A stretch of 64,000 bases of DNA from an uncultured Gemmatimonadales bacterium. GTDB lineage: Bacteria; Gemmatimonadota; Gemmatimonadetes; Longimicrobiales; Gaopeijiaceae. The notes beneath the pieces are model-generated. The model did not search any database, was not told where the DNA came from, and was given only the letters and a program-made list of their open reading frames with translations. Below, in pieces: positions 9,019 to 21,533 of the stretch (position 1 is its first letter; every line of letters starts with the position of its first letter). Position numbers and translations under genes: made by a program. The DNA lies in contig CAWELD010000003.1 in the NCBI GenBank assembly GCA_963809895.1, positions 1,376,001-1,440,000 on the forward strand, given 5' to 3'.

Positions 9019-12000
9019 GTGCCCGCTCCTTCCGGCTACGTGGAGCTCCATTGCCACTCGGGCTTCTCCTTTCTGGATGGGGCGTCCCATCCCGAGGAGC
9101 TGGTGCTCGCGGCCCGGGAGCTGGGCTACCCTGCGCTGGCCCTCACCGATCACGACGGCCTGCACGGCGCCATGGAGTTCGCGCAGAGCGCGCGCACCCA
9201 CGGGCTGCAACCCATCACCGGCGTCGAGCTCACGTTGCGGGATTGTTTCCCGGAGGCCTCCACTCCGTCGCCCACGTCCTCGCCTCCGCCGGGGTCCGTT
9301 TTCGGGCGCGGGGCCGTGGACGGGGGTGAAGCGCCGCTGCCTCCGTCGTGGCCCGTGAGCGGGCACCACGTCACGCTGCTGGCGGAAACCCCCACCGGCT
9401 ACGCGAACCTGTGCCGGCTGGTGACGAAGGCCCGCATGGAGAGTCCACGGGACGCGCCATCGCTTCCCTTCTCCACCCTCCTGGAGCCGGAGCGCGCGCA
9501 GGGGCTGATCTGCCTGAGCGGCTGTCGGCGGAGCCCGCTGCTGGCCGCGCTGGAGAGCAGTCAGGCCCAGGGAGAGGCGTTGGCGCGCCGGCTGCTGGAA
9601 GCCTTCGGCCCGGGACGCTTGTTCGTGGAGCTCCAGGACAACCGGGCCCGGGGCGACGCGGCCCGGGGCAAGCTCCTGGGACGCCTGGCCGAGCGGCTCA
9701 GCCTGCCGGTGGTGGCCACGGGCAACGTCCACTACCACCGCCAGTCGCGACACCGGCTGCAGGACGTGCTGGTGGCCATCCGCCACCGCAGCACGCTGGA
9801 CGGGTCCCACGCGGTGCGTCGGCCCAACCGCTGCTACCACCTGGCCTCGCCCGCCGAGATGGCCCACCGCTTCCGGAGCCGGCCCGACGCGCTGGCCAAC
9901 ACCCTGTTGCTGGCGGAGCGCTGCGCCGACTTCGACCTCACCCGGGATCTGGGCTACGAGTTCCCGGACTTCGAGGGCAGCGAGCGCGGGGGCGCACTGG
10001 AAACGCTGGCGGCGGTGTGCCTGGCGAAGCTGGCCGAGCGCTACGAGCCGGGCTCGGCGCTGGAGCGGGACGCCGAGGAACGCCTGCACCAGGAGCTCAA
10101 GCTGGTGGACCTGCACGGCCTGGCCGGCTTCTTCCTGGTCTACCGGGACATCATGAACCTGGCCCGGGAGGTGGCGCTGGAGGTGCGGGGCGAGGCCCCC
10201 CGGGCCCGCTCCAACCTGCCGCCGGGCCGCGGACGGGGCTCGTCGGTCTCGTCCATCATCTGCTACCTCATCGGCCTCTCCCACGTGGATCCGGTGAAGG
10301 CGGACCTCTTCCTGGGGCGCTTCCTCAACGAGGCGCTCCGCAGCGTGCCGGACATCGACCTGGATTTTCCCCGTGACATCCGTGAGGCGCTCATCCTCCG
10401 GGTCTACGAGCGCTACGGCCAGGAGCACGCCGGACTGGTGTGCACCTTTCCCACCTACCGGCTGCGCTCGGCGGTGCGCGAGGTGGGCAAGGTGCTGGAC
10501 CTGCCCCAGGGCGAGCTGGAGAAGCTGGCCAAGCTGGCGGAGCACCGCTCGGCCACGGGCCTCAAGGAAGAGCTGGAGACGCTCCCCGAGTTCCGGGACA
10601 AGGCCCGTTCACCGCTGTGGCAGGCGCTGGGTGGGCTGGCCGAGGAGATCGCCGGCCTGCCGCGCCACGTCTCGCAGCACGTGGGGGGGATGATCATCTC
10701 CTCGCGTCCGCTGGTGGAGATCGTGCCCCTGGAGCCCGCGGCCATGGAAGGGCGGGTGCTCTGCCAGTGGGACAAGGATTCCTGTGACGATGCCGGCTTC
10801 ATCAAGATCGACTTCCTGGCGCTGGGAATGCTGTCGCTGGTGGAGGACGCCGTGGACCTCATCGCCGAGCGCGACGGCGCGCCCCCGGACCTGGCCCGCA
10901 TCGACTACCGGGACGAGGCCGTCTACGACCGCATCTGCGCCGGCGACACGGTGGGGCTCTTCCAGGTGGAGAGCCGGGCCCAGATCCAGATGATCCGGCG
11001 CGTGCGCCCCCGGGACCTGGAGGCGCTGGCCATCCAGGTGGCCATCGTGCGGCCCGGGCCCATCGTGGGCGGCGCCGTGAATCCCTACGTGCGCCGCCGC
11101 GAGATGCTCCGCGAGGACCCGGATTTCGAGGTCCCCTACGACCACCCGCTCCTGGCGGACGCGCTGGGGGAGACGCTGGGCGTCATCATCTTCCAGGACC
11201 AGGTGCTGAAGGTGTGCCAGGCGCTGGCGGGCTTCAGCGACGGCCAGGCCGAGGACCTGCGCCGGGCCATGAGCCGCAAACGCTCCAAGGAAGCCATGCA
11301 GGCGCACTGGGACGCCTTCCAGCGGGGCGCCGCCGAGCGTGGCGTGGACGAGACCACCGCCCGCAAGGTCTTCGACCAGGTGTCGGCGTTCAGCGAGTTC
11401 GGCTTTCCCAAGTCCCACGCCGCGGCCTTCGGGCTCCTGGCCTACCAGTCGGCGTGGCTGCGGCACTACCATCCCGTGGAGTACTACGTGGCGCTCTTCA
11501 ACAACCAGCCCATGGGCTTCTACTCGCTGGACGCCCTGGGCCGGGACGCCCGCCGCAACGGCATCGGTATCCTCCTGCCCGACGTGAACCGGAGCCGGGT
11601 GGCGTGCACCGCCGAAGGCGACGGCCTGCGCGTGGGGCTGGGCTTCGTGCGAGGGCTGGGTCAGGAGATGGCCGAGCAGGTGGTGGCGGAGCGCGAGCGC
11701 CACGGAGCCTTCGCCTCGCTGGTGGATTTCCTGCGCCGCACCCCGGCCACCCTCAAGCGCCCGGTAATCGAGAATCTCGTGTGGGTCGGGGGATTCGAGG
11801 GGCTGGGGCTCACGCGCCGGGAGCTGTTGTGGCAGACCGGGCTGTGGCTGGGGCCCGAATCCGACGCCCGCCGGGCCGGCGGCCGCGACGATCATCCGCA
11901 GCGGGAGCTTCCCCTGGACGAGCCCTACGCCGGTCTGGCCTTCGGCGATCTGGACGATGCCGACCGCATGGTGGCCGAGTACCGCATGCTGCGCTTTTCC

Positions 12001-12465
12001 ACCCGGCTGCACCCTCTGTCGGTGCTCCGGGACCGGCTCCCTCCGGACACGGTGTCCTCGAGCCGTTTTCCCGATCTTCCGCAGCGCGCCACCGTGCGCG
12101 TCGCGGGATTGGTCACCGCTCGACAAAGACCTTCGACTGCAAAGGGCTATGTCTTTGTCTTGATGGAAGATGAGGACGGTGCCATCAACGTGATCGTGAA
12201 GCCTGATGTCTACGCGAAGCACCGGTCGGTGATCCGCATGGAGCCGTTCCTCACCGTGCGGGGACGGCTGCAGAAGGACGGCGCCACCATGAACGTCATC
12301 GCCTTCGAGGTGGACGCGGTACGCGCCGACCGGGGGCCCGATCCCTCGGTGCTCCACCCCGCCCTGCCGGAGACGCTGGAGTACTGGGGGCGGGACGGCG
12401 CGAACCCGTACCGCTACCTCACGGCGCTCCGGCAATCCCCTCCCGGTGTGAAGAGCTGGGGATGA
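9019..12465 (+). CDS. dnaE2: Error-prone DNA polymerase DnaE2 (ImuC)
   Basis: PHP motifs ELHCHSGFSFLDG and LTDHDG, GRGSS, catalytic PDIDLDF, PRHVSQHVGG, QWDKD, KIDFLALGMLS, FGFPKSHA and the OB-fold RQRPSTAKG. GTG at 9019 follows an AGGGGA RBS. Confidence 0.95.
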   Translation: MPAPSGYVELHCHSGFSFLDGASHPEELVLAARELGYPALALTDHDGLHGAMEFAQSARTHGLQPITGVELTLRDCFPEASTPSPTSSPPPGSVFGRGAVDGGEAPLPPSWPVSGHHVTLLAETPTGYANLCRLVTKARMESPRDAPSLPFSTLLEPERAQGLICLSGCRRSPLLAALESSQAQGEALARRLLEAFGPGRLFVELQDNRARGDAARGKLLGRLAERLSLPVVATGNVHYHRQSRHRLQDVLVAIRHRSTLDGSHAVRRPNRCYHLASPAEMAHRFRSRPDALANTLLLAERCADFDLTRDLGYEFPDFEGSERGGALETLAAVCLAKLAERYEPGSALERDAEERLHQELKLVDLHGLAGFFLVYRDIMNLAREVALEVRGEAPRARSNLPPGRGRGSSVSSIICYLIGLSHVDPVKADLFLGRFLNEALRSVPDIDLDFPRDIREALILRVYERYGQEHAGLVCTFPTYRLRSAVREVGKVLDLPQGELEKLAKLAEHRSATGLKEELETLPEFRDKARSPLWQALGGLAEEIAGLPRHVSQHVGGMIISSRPLVEIVPLEPAAMEGRVLCQWDKDSCDDAGFIKIDFLALGMLSLVEDAVDLIAERDGAPPDLARIDYRDEAVYDRICAGDTVGLFQVESRAQIQMIRRVRPRDLEALAIQVAIVRPGPIVGGAVNPYVRRREMLREDPDFEVPYDHPLLADALGETLGVIIFQDQVLKVCQALAGFSDGQAEDLRRAMSRKRSKEAMQAHWDAFQRGAAERGVDETTARKVFDQVSAFSEFGFPKSHAAAFGLLAYQSAWLRHYHPVEYYVALFNNQPMGFYSLDALGRDARRNGIGILLPDVNRSRVACTAEGDGLRVGLGFVRGLGQEMAEQVVAERERHGAFASLVDFLRRTPATLKRPVIENLVWVGGFEGLGLTRRELLWQTGLWLGPESDARRAGGRDDHPQRELPLDEPYAGLAFGDLDDADRMVAEYRMLRFSTRLHPLSVLRDRLPPDTVSSSRFPDLPQRATVRVAGLVTARQRPSTAKGYVFVLMEDEDGAINVIVKPDVYAKHRSVIRMEPFLTVRGRLQKDGATMNVIAFEVDAVRADRGPDPSVLHPALPETLEYWGRDGANPYRYLTALRQSPPGVKSWG

Positions 12466-12500
12466 GCGGCGCGCCCTTCGCCCGTGGCCTGCTGTCCGGT

Positions 12501-15185
12501 CTACTCGGTCCGGAGCGCCTCCACGGGATCGACCCGGGTCGCCCGACGAGCGGGCAGGAGCGTGGCCAGCACCGTCACGATCAGCAGGAGCGCCACCACC
12601 CCCGCCAGCACCGCGGGGTCCCGAGGCTGCACCTGGTAGAGCAGACTGGCGACGACCTTTCCGCCCACCAGCGACGCCCCCACGCCGATGATCAGCCCCA
12701 GCAGCGCCGGCCGGAGGCCCTGAAGGACCACCATCCAGCGCACTCTGGCCGTGGCCGCTCCCAGCGCGACCCGGATCCCGATCTCCCGCATGCGCCGGGA
12801 CACCAGATACGACACCACCCCGTACAGTCCCACCGCCGCCAGGACCACCGCGAGCGCCGCGAACAGCCCCACCAGGCTCATGTAGAAGCGCGTGGTGGCG
12901 GTCTCCCGCCGAACGGCCTGGCTCAGCGTCTCCACGCGGGCCAGCGGCACGTTGGGATCCATGGAATGAACCACGTCCCGCGCCGCCTGCACCAGACCCG
13001 TGGCCCCGGCGCGGCCCCGCAGGTGCACGGTCATGAAGCCGGGACCGAACTGGGCATGGGGCACGAAGACGGCCGCCACCGGATCCGCGGTGAGCCCCTG
13101 CCGGATGTCCTTCGCGACCCCGACGATCGTCCAGGTCGGGCTCCCGTAGCCGAAGCTGGCCGTGATGTAGACCCGTTGGCCGATGGGATCCTCGTTGGGG
13201 AAGTTCTGCCGCACGAAGGTCTCGTTGACCACCGCCACGGGCTCGGTCTCGGCCTGATCGGTGGCCTCGATGCCCCGGCCTCTCAGCACCTGCATGCCCA
13301 GCGTGGACATGAACCCCGGCGTCACCGGGTGGATGGAGGCGTACGTTTCTTCGCCGGGCTCGGGCTCGGGCCTGCCCTCGATCTCGACGCCGCCGGTGAT
13401 GTTGCCACGGCCCATGGGCGGTCCGTACGCCGACCCCACCGACTCCACGCCAGGGAGCGCGGCCAGGCGGCTCTCGAGCTCTCGATAGAAGCCGCTCACC
13501 ACGGGGAGGGTGTCATAGCGGGAGCTGGGAATCGACAGCGTGAAGCGCACCACCTCCCGCTCGCTGAACCCCATGTCCACCGAGGTGAGCTCGGAGAGGC
13601 TCCGGATGAAGAGGCCGGCCCCGGTGAGGAGCACCACGGAGAGCGCCACCTCACCCGCCAGCAGGAGCGAGCGGGAGCGCGCCTCCCGCCGGTCCTGACC
13701 CGAGCGGGCGGCCCCACCCAGGTCCCGCGCCGGCGAGGTGCGCGCCAGGTGCAGCGCGGGCGCCAGACCGAAGAGCAGGGTGACCCCCGCCGTGACGAGC
13801 AGGGTGAACCCGAGCACGCGCCCGTCCAGCCCGACCTCGTTCAGGCGTGGCACGGTGCCTTCGGGTACGAAGTGGAGGGCCGCGATCCCCAGTCGGGCGA
13901 GGCCCAGCCCCAGGAGTGCTCCGGTGATCGCCAGCACCAGGCTCTCGGCCAGCACGCTGGCCAGCACGCGCCGGGGCGCCGCACCCAGCGCGGTGCGCAC
14001 CGCCACTTCGGAGCGGCGGGTGGCGCCCCGGACCAGGAGCAGGTTGGCCACGTTGGCGCACGCGATCAGCAGCACGACCCCCACGGCCCCCAGCAGGACC
14101 AGGAGACCACGTCGGACGTCGCCCACCCGGTAGTCGGCCAGGGACTCGAGGCGAAAGCCCTGCTGGAAGTTGGAGTCCGGATAGGTGTCGCTCAAGCTCG
14201 CCGCCAGCGCGTCCATCTCCTGCCCTGCCTGGGCCTGCGTAGCGCCGGGCGCCAGTCGCGTCACGGCGCGGAAGATGTGGCAGCCGCGTCCGCACCCCTC
14301 CGGGTTCAGACGATAGGGGATCCAGACCTGCGCCTTGTCCGGAAAGTCGAAGCCCGGCGGCGCCACGCCCACGATCTGGTAGGTCACCTCGGCGATCTCG
14401 AGCGTGGATCCGATGACATCCGGGTTGCCGCCGAGACGGTCGCGCCAGAAGCCGTAGCCCACCATGGCCACAGTGGGCCCGTCCGCCACGTTCTCGTCTT
14501 GCCGGATGTCGCGTCCCTGATAGGGGCTCAGCCCCATGACGTCCAGAAGGCCGCCGGTGACGCGCGCACCTTCGACCTGTACGGGCTCCTCGCCGCCCGT
14601 GAGCGTGAAGGTGCTGGTGGCGTAGCCCTGGATATCCTCGATGGCGCCGAGCTCCCGCACGCTCTCGATGTCCGGCTGCGACATGACGCTCCGCCCGGGC
14701 TCCTGGGTCGTGTCGTAGGCCCAGGTCATGAAGAGGCCGTCGGGGTCCGGGTAGGGCAGCGGCCTCAGCAGCACCGCGTCCACGACGCTGAAGATGGCGG
14801 TGTTCGCGCCGATGCCCAGCGCCAGGGTGAGGACGGCCACGGCCGCGAAGCCCGGGCGTCGCCGGAGGGCGCGGAAGGCGAAACGGAGCTCCTGGATCAC
14901 CACGTCCACGAGGGGACTCCTGTCATGGGAGGATGGAGATGAAGGTGGAAGCGGTGTCGGTGCCAGACGCTCCCGCATCCCCACCCACACCACCCCTGTC
15001 AGGCTGCGCCACAGAAAGCCGACGCGACGCAATCCACGCCGCTCGACCAGGCCGTCCCGGACCGTCTGTGCCATGGCATCGGCGAAGCGCCGCCGGAACG
15101 CCGACGGCACCGTCGCCAACGCCAGGCGCAGGAGCTGACGCTCCAACGCCCCCGGCGGCCGGCCCATGCCCGGTCCGGCGGTCAT
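12501..15185 (-). CDS. Duplicated MacB/FtsX-type ABC permease (ADOP-like)
   Basis: [49 protein letters not shown] and [15 protein letters not shown]. Confidence 0.93.
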   Translation of the reverse strand: MTAGPGMGRPPGALERQLLRLALATVPSAFRRRFADAMAQTVRDGLVERRGLRRVGFLWRSLTGVVWVGMRERLAPTPLPPSSPSSHDRSPLVDVVIQELRFAFRALRRRPGFAAVAVLTLALGIGANTAIFSVVDAVLLRPLPYPDPDGLFMTWAYDTTQEPGRSVMSQPDIESVRELGAIEDIQGYATSTFTLTGGEEPVQVEGARVTGGLLDVMGLSPYQGRDIRQDENVADGPTVAMVGYGFWRDRLGGNPDVIGSTLEIAEVTYQIVGVAPPGFDFPDKAQVWIPYRLNPEGCGRGCHIFRAVTRLAPGATQAQAGQEMDALAASLSDTYPDSNFQQGFRLESLADYRVGDVRRGLLVLLGAVGVVLLIACANVANLLLVRGATRRSEVAVRTALGAAPRRVLASVLAESLVLAITGALLGLGLARLGIAALHFVPEGTVPRLNEVGLDGRVLGFTLLVTAGVTLLFGLAPALHLARTSPARDLGGAARSGQDRREARSRSLLLAGEVALSVVLLTGAGLFIRSLSELTSVDMGFSEREVVRFTLSIPSSRYDTLPVVSGFYRELESRLAALPGVESVGSAYGPPMGRGNITGGVEIEGRPEPEPGEETYASIHPVTPGFMSTLGMQVLRGRGIEATDQAETEPVAVVNETFVRQNFPNEDPIGQRVYITASFGYGSPTWTIVGVAKDIRQGLTADPVAAVFVPHAQFGPGFMTVHLRGRAGATGLVQAARDVVHSMDPNVPLARVETLSQAVRRETATTRFYMSLVGLFAALAVVLAAVGLYGVVSYLVSRRMREIGIRVALGAATARVRWMVVLQGLRPALLGLIIGVGASLVGGKVVASLLYQVQPRDPAVLAGVVALLLIVTVLATLLPARRATRVDPVEALRTE

Positions 15186-15535
15186 GCCGGATCGGCTCCC
15201 TCGAGCAGCGCCCGGGCCCGGGCCAGATGGACCAGCTCGGCCATGCGCCGGGCCTCGGCCTCGGCCAGCTCCCGGCCCTGAGCCGTGAGACCGTAATAGC
15301 GCCGCGGCCGGCCCCGATGCGCGTCGGGCGCCTCGTCCGGCGTGGGGCGCTCCTGGACCAGCTCCCGAGCCATGAGCCGGGCCAGGACCCGGTACAGGGT
15401 CCCCACGTCGGGCGCCAGGCGCCCGGACGACTGCTCTTCGACGGACTTCATGAGCGCATAGCCGTACGAGTCGCCCTCCACCAGCGCCACGAGGACGTGG
15501 AATTCCAGGGGGGTCAGGGGCAGAGCATCACTCAC
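15182..15535 (-). CDS. PadR-family transcriptional regulator
   Basis: [12 protein letters not shown]...YGYAL...[10 protein letters not shown]...[10 protein letters not shown]; stop overlaps the permease start; GTG start at 15535. Confidence 0.92.
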   Translation of the reverse strand: MSDALPLTPLEFHVLVALVEGDSYGYALMKSVEEQSSGRLAPDVGTLYRVLARLMARELVQERPTPDEAPDAHRGRPRRYYGLTAQGRELAEAEARRMAELVHLARARALLEGADPA

Positions 15536-15574
15536 GGGGTCCTCCGGCCAGCAGGATCGGCACCGGGTCGTCAT

Positions 15575-15610
15575 TACATGTACGACCACATATATGTCAC
15601 CAACATGTAT
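15575..15610. promoter_or_regulatory. AT-rich cluster of ATGT/ACAT inverted repeats, probable PadR operator
   Basis: TACATGTACGACCACATATATGTCACCAACATGTAT contains ATGT-N6-ACAT and ATGT-N5-ACAT, 40-75 nt upstream of padR. Confidence 0.65.
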
Positions 15611-15834
15611 AGACGCGAGAAACGGGTCAACGGTTGCACCGCCGATCTTGGTGCCCGCGTCGGATCCCGGTAGAGTGGGGCATGCGCTACCGAGAGCATC
15701 GCCCGTCCCCGCCGGGGCAGCTCCGAGCCGAGGTGGATGGCGATGCCCCGGCGTGACGCATTCCTTCAAGACCGCGGTCGCCGGATCCACCATCTTCCAG
15801 CCGTCATCGCTCTCCCCGGACAAGGAGTCCCGAG

Positions 15835-16224
15835 TTGAAGAAGCTGACCCCCATCATCAGCGTCGAATCCATCGAGCCGTGTCTGCCCTTCTGGACCGAG
15901 CGCCTCGGCTTCGACGTGACCGTGACCGTCCCGCACGAAGACGCCCTGGGCTTCGCCATCCTCCAGAAGGACGGGGTGGAGATCATGTACCAGACGCGAG
16001 CCAGCATCGACGCGGATCTGCCCGCCATCACCGACGAGATGATGCGCGGCAAGCCGACGCTCTTCGTGGAGGTGGAGACGCTGGATCCGGTGGTGGAGGC
16101 GCTGGAGGGCGCCGACATCGTGGTGCCCCGGCGCACGACCTTCTACGGCATGGACGAGATCTTCGTGCGGGCGCCCTGCGGGACCATCGTGGGCTTCGCG
16201 GCATCCAGCGGCGAGACCGACTGA
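15835..16224 (+). CDS. VOC (glyoxalase/bleomycin-resistance) family protein
   Basis: FWTERLGF and TFYGMDEIFVRAPCG motifs; AAGGAG RBS before a TTG start. Confidence 0.88.
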   Translation: MKKLTPIISVESIEPCLPFWTERLGFDVTVTVPHEDALGFAILQKDGVEIMYQTRASIDADLPAITDEMMRGKPTLFVEVETLDPVVEALEGADIVVPRRTTFYGMDEIFVRAPCGTIVGFAASSGETD

Positions 16225-16228
16225 AGCC

Positions 16229-17126
16229 TCAGGCGCGGCGCTCCAGATAGCGCCGCACGCCGGCGTAGTCGGTGGCCGCGGAGAAGCTGCCGAAGTAGCG
16301 GTCGATGCGCTCCCGGGGCAGGTGCAGCGCCTGCTCCGCCCGCACCTCCTCTTCGAAGGCCTCGGCGTCGCGGTCCGCGTCCCCTCGTTCCAGCGCGTCC
16401 TGCACCCTGCGGGCCAGGGCGCGAAGACCGGCTGCGGAGCCCCTCCACCCGACTCGCCACGTCGGCGTGCATGCCGAAGTGGCTCACGACCGCGCGTTCC
16501 GGGCTCACGCGCTCCAGCGAGTCCAGCGTGTCCTCCCATGCCGCCAGATCGACAGCAGGTGGCGGCGTGGGTGGATGCGTGGGACTCTCGGGCGACAGGA
16601 TGATCCCCAGCGCGTCGCCGGCCACCAGCACGCCGTCCACCTCGTCCAGGTAGGCGAGGTGATGGCCGATGTGGCCCGGTGTGGGCAGGGCGCGCAGCCA
16701 CGGGAGCGGACCTCGCTCGCGGGGCCGCCACACCCGTATCCGGTGCTCCGGCACCGGGATCACCTCGCCCCACAGCCGGTCGTGAGCCTCGCCGAAGGTG
16801 CGGCGCGTACTGGCGACCAACCGCTCCGGCGACACCAGGTGAGGCGCACCCTCCTCGTGGATGTGGAGCTGGAGCCGGGGAAAGCGCCGAGCGAGGTGCC
16901 CCGCGGCACCGGCATGATCCAGGTGGACGTGGGTCAGGCAGAGGTGCCGGACCTCGCTCAGGGGCATCCCCGCCTCGCCGGCGGCGGACTCCAGGCGATC
17001 CAGCGTGGTGGCCGGACCGGGATCCACCAGCACCGGCTCCGGCTCCAGGATGAGCGTCGCCCCGATGGCGCCGGACAGACCCTGGTGCTCCAGGTCCAGC
17101 ACCCGCACGCGGCCCGGGCCGGTCAT
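16229..17126 (-). CDS. MBL-fold metallo-hydrolase; one frameshift near 16428
   Basis: THVHLDHAG, TPGH, AGD and SHFG motifs; the natural C-terminus (LRALARRVQDA...VRRYLERRA*) continues in another frame to 16229. Confidence 0.85.
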
Positions 17127-17159
17127 GCGGCCTCCCGGATCAAAGGGAGGCGCCCACCG

Positions 17160-18470
<1,311 letters not shown>

Positions 18471-18637
18471 GGTTCCTCCGAATCGACACCGCCATGGGAG
18501 CGGCGGCAGGTAAGCGTTCGCAATTGCAGCCCCTTAATGTACGATCGGCGCGGGGCTTGCCCAAGCGGGGGTCACGGCGATGTGACCCCGACGCCGCCCG
18601 CCCCGCCGGAGGATCGCGGGGCGGGCGGGCTCGCAGG

Positions 18638-21376
18638 TCAGGGTGACAGGATCAACGTCGCCAGCACCACCGGGGCGAGAATGTCGATGATGGCGCCCGA
18701 CGCCACGTGGACGGAGACGAAACGGACCACCGGGTCCAGCGCGAGGGCGGTTGCGCACGACTGAACCGTGGGGTTGGTCACCAGAACCTCTTTGACCGCC
18801 TCATGAAGGGCGTTGAGGAACTGGATGCGAATGGGTGTGAGCGCATCCACGCCCACGGTGTTGGCGAAGCAGAGGGTCACCTGGTCGGCCACCGCCGACG
18901 CGAAGTTGTTCACGGCGAGCGATCCCAGGTCGAGGGTCCAAGCGTTGTTGTCCCCGCCCTGGAGGCCCATGCGCTCGTTGGAGGTCCCCGCGCCTGCGAC
19001 GAAGTGGGTGTTGGCGTCTCCCTCGGCCTCCACGTTCATGCTGCCGGACACCGGCTCGCCGTCGACCTCCCCGTCCACCGGCACGGACTGGGTGCCGATG
19101 GCTACCACGCCCCCGGTATTCTCCTGTTCGCCCACGTGAATCGTGAGGCTGGTCTGCGTGGGCGGCGTGCATGGATTCCCGTCAGGCCCGTCGTTGAAGC
19201 TGTTGGTGACCACCGCAGGCCCGGCGATGGTGGTGACCCCGGCCATGGTGCCCTTGTCGCCGCCGCTGCCCGGGCCGTTGCCGTCGCCGCCCGCGCCGCC
19301 GTTGCCCGCGTCGGTGAGCTCCGTGCCCCCGCCCATGCCCATGGCCAACCCGGTTCCGCCGGCGCCGTCGCCACCGGTGGCGCTGCCCCCGGCTCCGCCG
19401 TTGCCCCCGGCTTCTTCGGGCTGATCCGGCTTGCAGTCGGCCCAGCCGGCACCGCCGTTCCCCATCATGAAGGACGCCATCCCGCCCTGGCCGCCGTTCC
19501 CCAGCAGGTCCCCGTCCAGGTTCTTCAGCTGGGCGTCACCGCCCTTGCCGCCGGTGGAGGCGAGCTGGCCGCCGTCGCCACCGTTCTTGTTGACCTGGAT
19601 GCCGTCGCCGCCCACGCCGGCGATGGCCTTGGCGTCGCCGCCTGCGCCGCCGTCCAGCGGTGTGTCCCCGGCCCCCCGGATCACGGGATCGGCGCCGGAC
19701 ACGTTGCCGCGCTTCGCCAGTTGCTTGTCGGGCGTCACACCGCCGTCACCGCCCACGGCCGTGGCGTCACCACCGTCCTGGGCGCGCTTGGTGGCGCTCT
19801 CGGCGTCTGCGCCGTCCGCCGCAGTCGCATTGGCGTGTCCGCCGGGGCCCGGCAGGCCGACCTCGAGGATCAGCGCGCCGGAGCTGCCGGCGTTGATGCC
19901 CCCACCCGCCCGGATGTCGATCAGGCCCGACATGCCGCCCTCGCCACCGTGCGCCGCCGCGCTCGGCGCCTTGAAGCCCTCGGTGGCGGGCTGCGCGACA
20001 CCGTCGGCGTGACCGCCACGGCCTCCGGCACCGGAGCGGATGATGTTGTTCGAGCCCTCGTAGTTCAGCGTGCCCGTCACGTAGGCCTTGATGAGGCCGC
20101 CGTCGCCGCCCTTGCCGCCGTTCACGTCCACGTCCTGGGCCGCCGTCTCGGAACCGTCGCCGCCCCGTCCGCCGTCCTGGCCCCACAGCAGCGTGTTGCC
20201 GGCGAAGATGGCGTTCCCCCGCAGCCGGAACTTCACCGTGCGGCCGTTCTGGCCGTCGGTGCCGTCGAGTCCGTCGGTGCCGTCCATGGCCGGGTCGGGG
20301 CCCGTGCCCCCACCGGCGTAGCGCACCGTGCTGTTGCTGACGCGCGTGAAGCGGACTCCCGGCCCGGCGGCCTCGGGGCTGTCCGGCACCGAGAACGGCC
20401 CCACGGCGGCCGGAAAGTCGTCGTCGGTGAGCGTGGGATCGTTGGTGAACTCCATGTCGCCGGAGCTGGTGACGGTGGCGCCTTCCAACGTCAGCTCACC
20501 GTCGGCGGCGATGCGCAGGTCGGCAGGCCCGCCGGAGAGATCCGAGCAACCGTTGGACACCGTGCCCATCACGGTGACCGCGGTGTCGCCCTGCACGTCC
20601 AGGGCACGGCAGTCGCCCTGAAGGGTCCCCTCCAGCGTGACCATCCCCGCGGCCCGGATCATGACGTCGCCCGTCATGGTGACCGTGACGCCCGGGGCGA
20701 TGGAGAACTGGTCGGCCAACACCTCTCCGCTGAGGTCCTGATCCTGGGTGATCTGCACGTCGGGGAGGAACACGTCCACCGGCGCCGTGGCCTCGACGCC
20801 GGAGGCCGCCCGGGCCGTGATCGTCGCCGTGCCCGCGCCTTCGCCGGTGACGAGCCCCGCGGCGTCCACGGTGGCCACCGCATCGTCGGACGAGGACCAG
20901 GTCAGCGTGGGCTGCTGGATCGACGCGCCCCCGGCGTCGCTGGCATCGGCCGAGAGCTGGAGCGTCTCGCCCACCGCCACCGAGCCATCCTGGGGCGAAA
21001 GCGTCAACTGATCCACCGCCTGCGCCACCGTGATGTCCGTGGTGCCGCTGGCGCTCCCCCCGTCCACGGTCGCCGTGATGGTGGCGGTGCCGTTGCCCGC
21101 CGCCATGGCCACACCGCCGCTGCTCACCGTGGCCACCGATCCGTTGGAGGTGGACCAGGTGAAGGTCAGACCCGACACGGTCTCACCCTTCGACGTGCGG
21201 CCCACGGCCGTGAGCTGCGTGGTCTCTCCGATGGACATGAGGGTGTGGACGGTGGCGGTGACCGTCACGGACGTGACGTCGCCCGCCCCCGGACCCGATC
21301 CATCATCCCCACCACAACTCGCCAGAGACACGGCGAAACCCACGAGCACCACTGCGACGCGGAGGGGGCGGCGCAT
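18638..21376 (-). CDS. Large surface lipoprotein: two Ig-like (Big_2-type) domains, a Gly-rich GGxGGxG region and a C-terminal beta domain
   Basis: Lipobox SLASC; TWSTSNGSVATV and TWSSSDDAVATVDAAGLVT Ig-like motifs; repeated GGxGGxGG units; GGAGGAG RBS. Confidence 0.85.
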   Translation of the reverse strand: MRRPLRVAVVLVGFAVSLASCGGDDGSGPGAGDVTSVTVTATVHTLMSIGETTQLTAVGRTSKGETVSGLTFTWSTSNGSVATVSSGGVAMAAGNGTATITATVDGGSASGTTDITVAQAVDQLTLSPQDGSVAVGETLQLSADASDAGGASIQQPTLTWSSSDDAVATVDAAGLVTGEGAGTATITARAASGVEATAPVDVFLPDVQITQDQDLSGEVLADQFSIAPGVTVTMTGDVMIRAAGMVTLEGTLQGDCRALDVQGDTAVTVMGTVSNGCSDLSGGPADLRIAADGELTLEGATVTSSGDMEFTNDPTLTDDDFPAAVGPFSVPDSPEAAGPGVRFTRVSNSTVRYAGGGTGPDPAMDGTDGLDGTDGQNGRTVKFRLRGNAIFAGNTLLWGQDGGRGGDGSETAAQDVDVNGGKGGDGGLIKAYVTGTLNYEGSNNIIRSGAGGRGGHADGVAQPATEGFKAPSAAAHGGEGGMSGLIDIRAGGGINAGSSGALILEVGLPGPGGHANATAADGADAESATKRAQDGGDATAVGGDGGVTPDKQLAKRGNVSGADPVIRGAGDTPLDGGAGGDAKAIAGVGGDGIQVNKNGGDGGQLASTGGKGGDAQLKNLDGDLLGNGGQGGMASFMMGNGGAGWADCKPDQPEEAGGNGGAGGSATGGDGAGGTGLAMGMGGGTELTDAGNGGAGGDGNGPGSGGDKGTMAGVTTIAGPAVVTNSFNDGPDGNPCTPPTQTSLTIHVGEQENTGGVVAIGTQSVPVDGEVDGEPVSGSMNVEAEGDANTHFVAGAGTSNERMGLQGGDNNAWTLDLGSLAVNNFASAVADQVTLCFANTVGVDALTPIRIQFLNALHEAVKEVLVTNPTVQSCATALALDPVVRFVSVHVASGAIIDILAPVVLATLILSP

Positions 21377-21497
21377 GAGCTCCTCCCTTGGTCTGTTGGA
21401 TCGGTCGGTCCGCCCGGCGGTCGAGCCCGGCGGGTACAATGTCCAGTATAGGCAGCGCCGCGGAGTGCGCGCCACGGATTCCTTGCGCACGGAAACG

Positions 21498-21526
21498 TGG
21501 ACGGGTCGACGGCGCCGTGATATCAT
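21498..21526 (+). promoter_or_regulatory. Promoter for a probably leaderless TA transcript, with a TGATATCA palindrome over the -10
   Basis: TGGACG(21498-21503)-17 nt-TATCAT(21521-21526), ATG 7 nt later, no RBS. Confidence 0.5.
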
Positions 21527-21533
21527 TTATCGT

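Noticed and set aside
19150..20300. Gly-rich region as a DNA tandem repeat array
   Set aside because: The periodicity is at protein level (Gly codons) with no fixed nucleotide unit.
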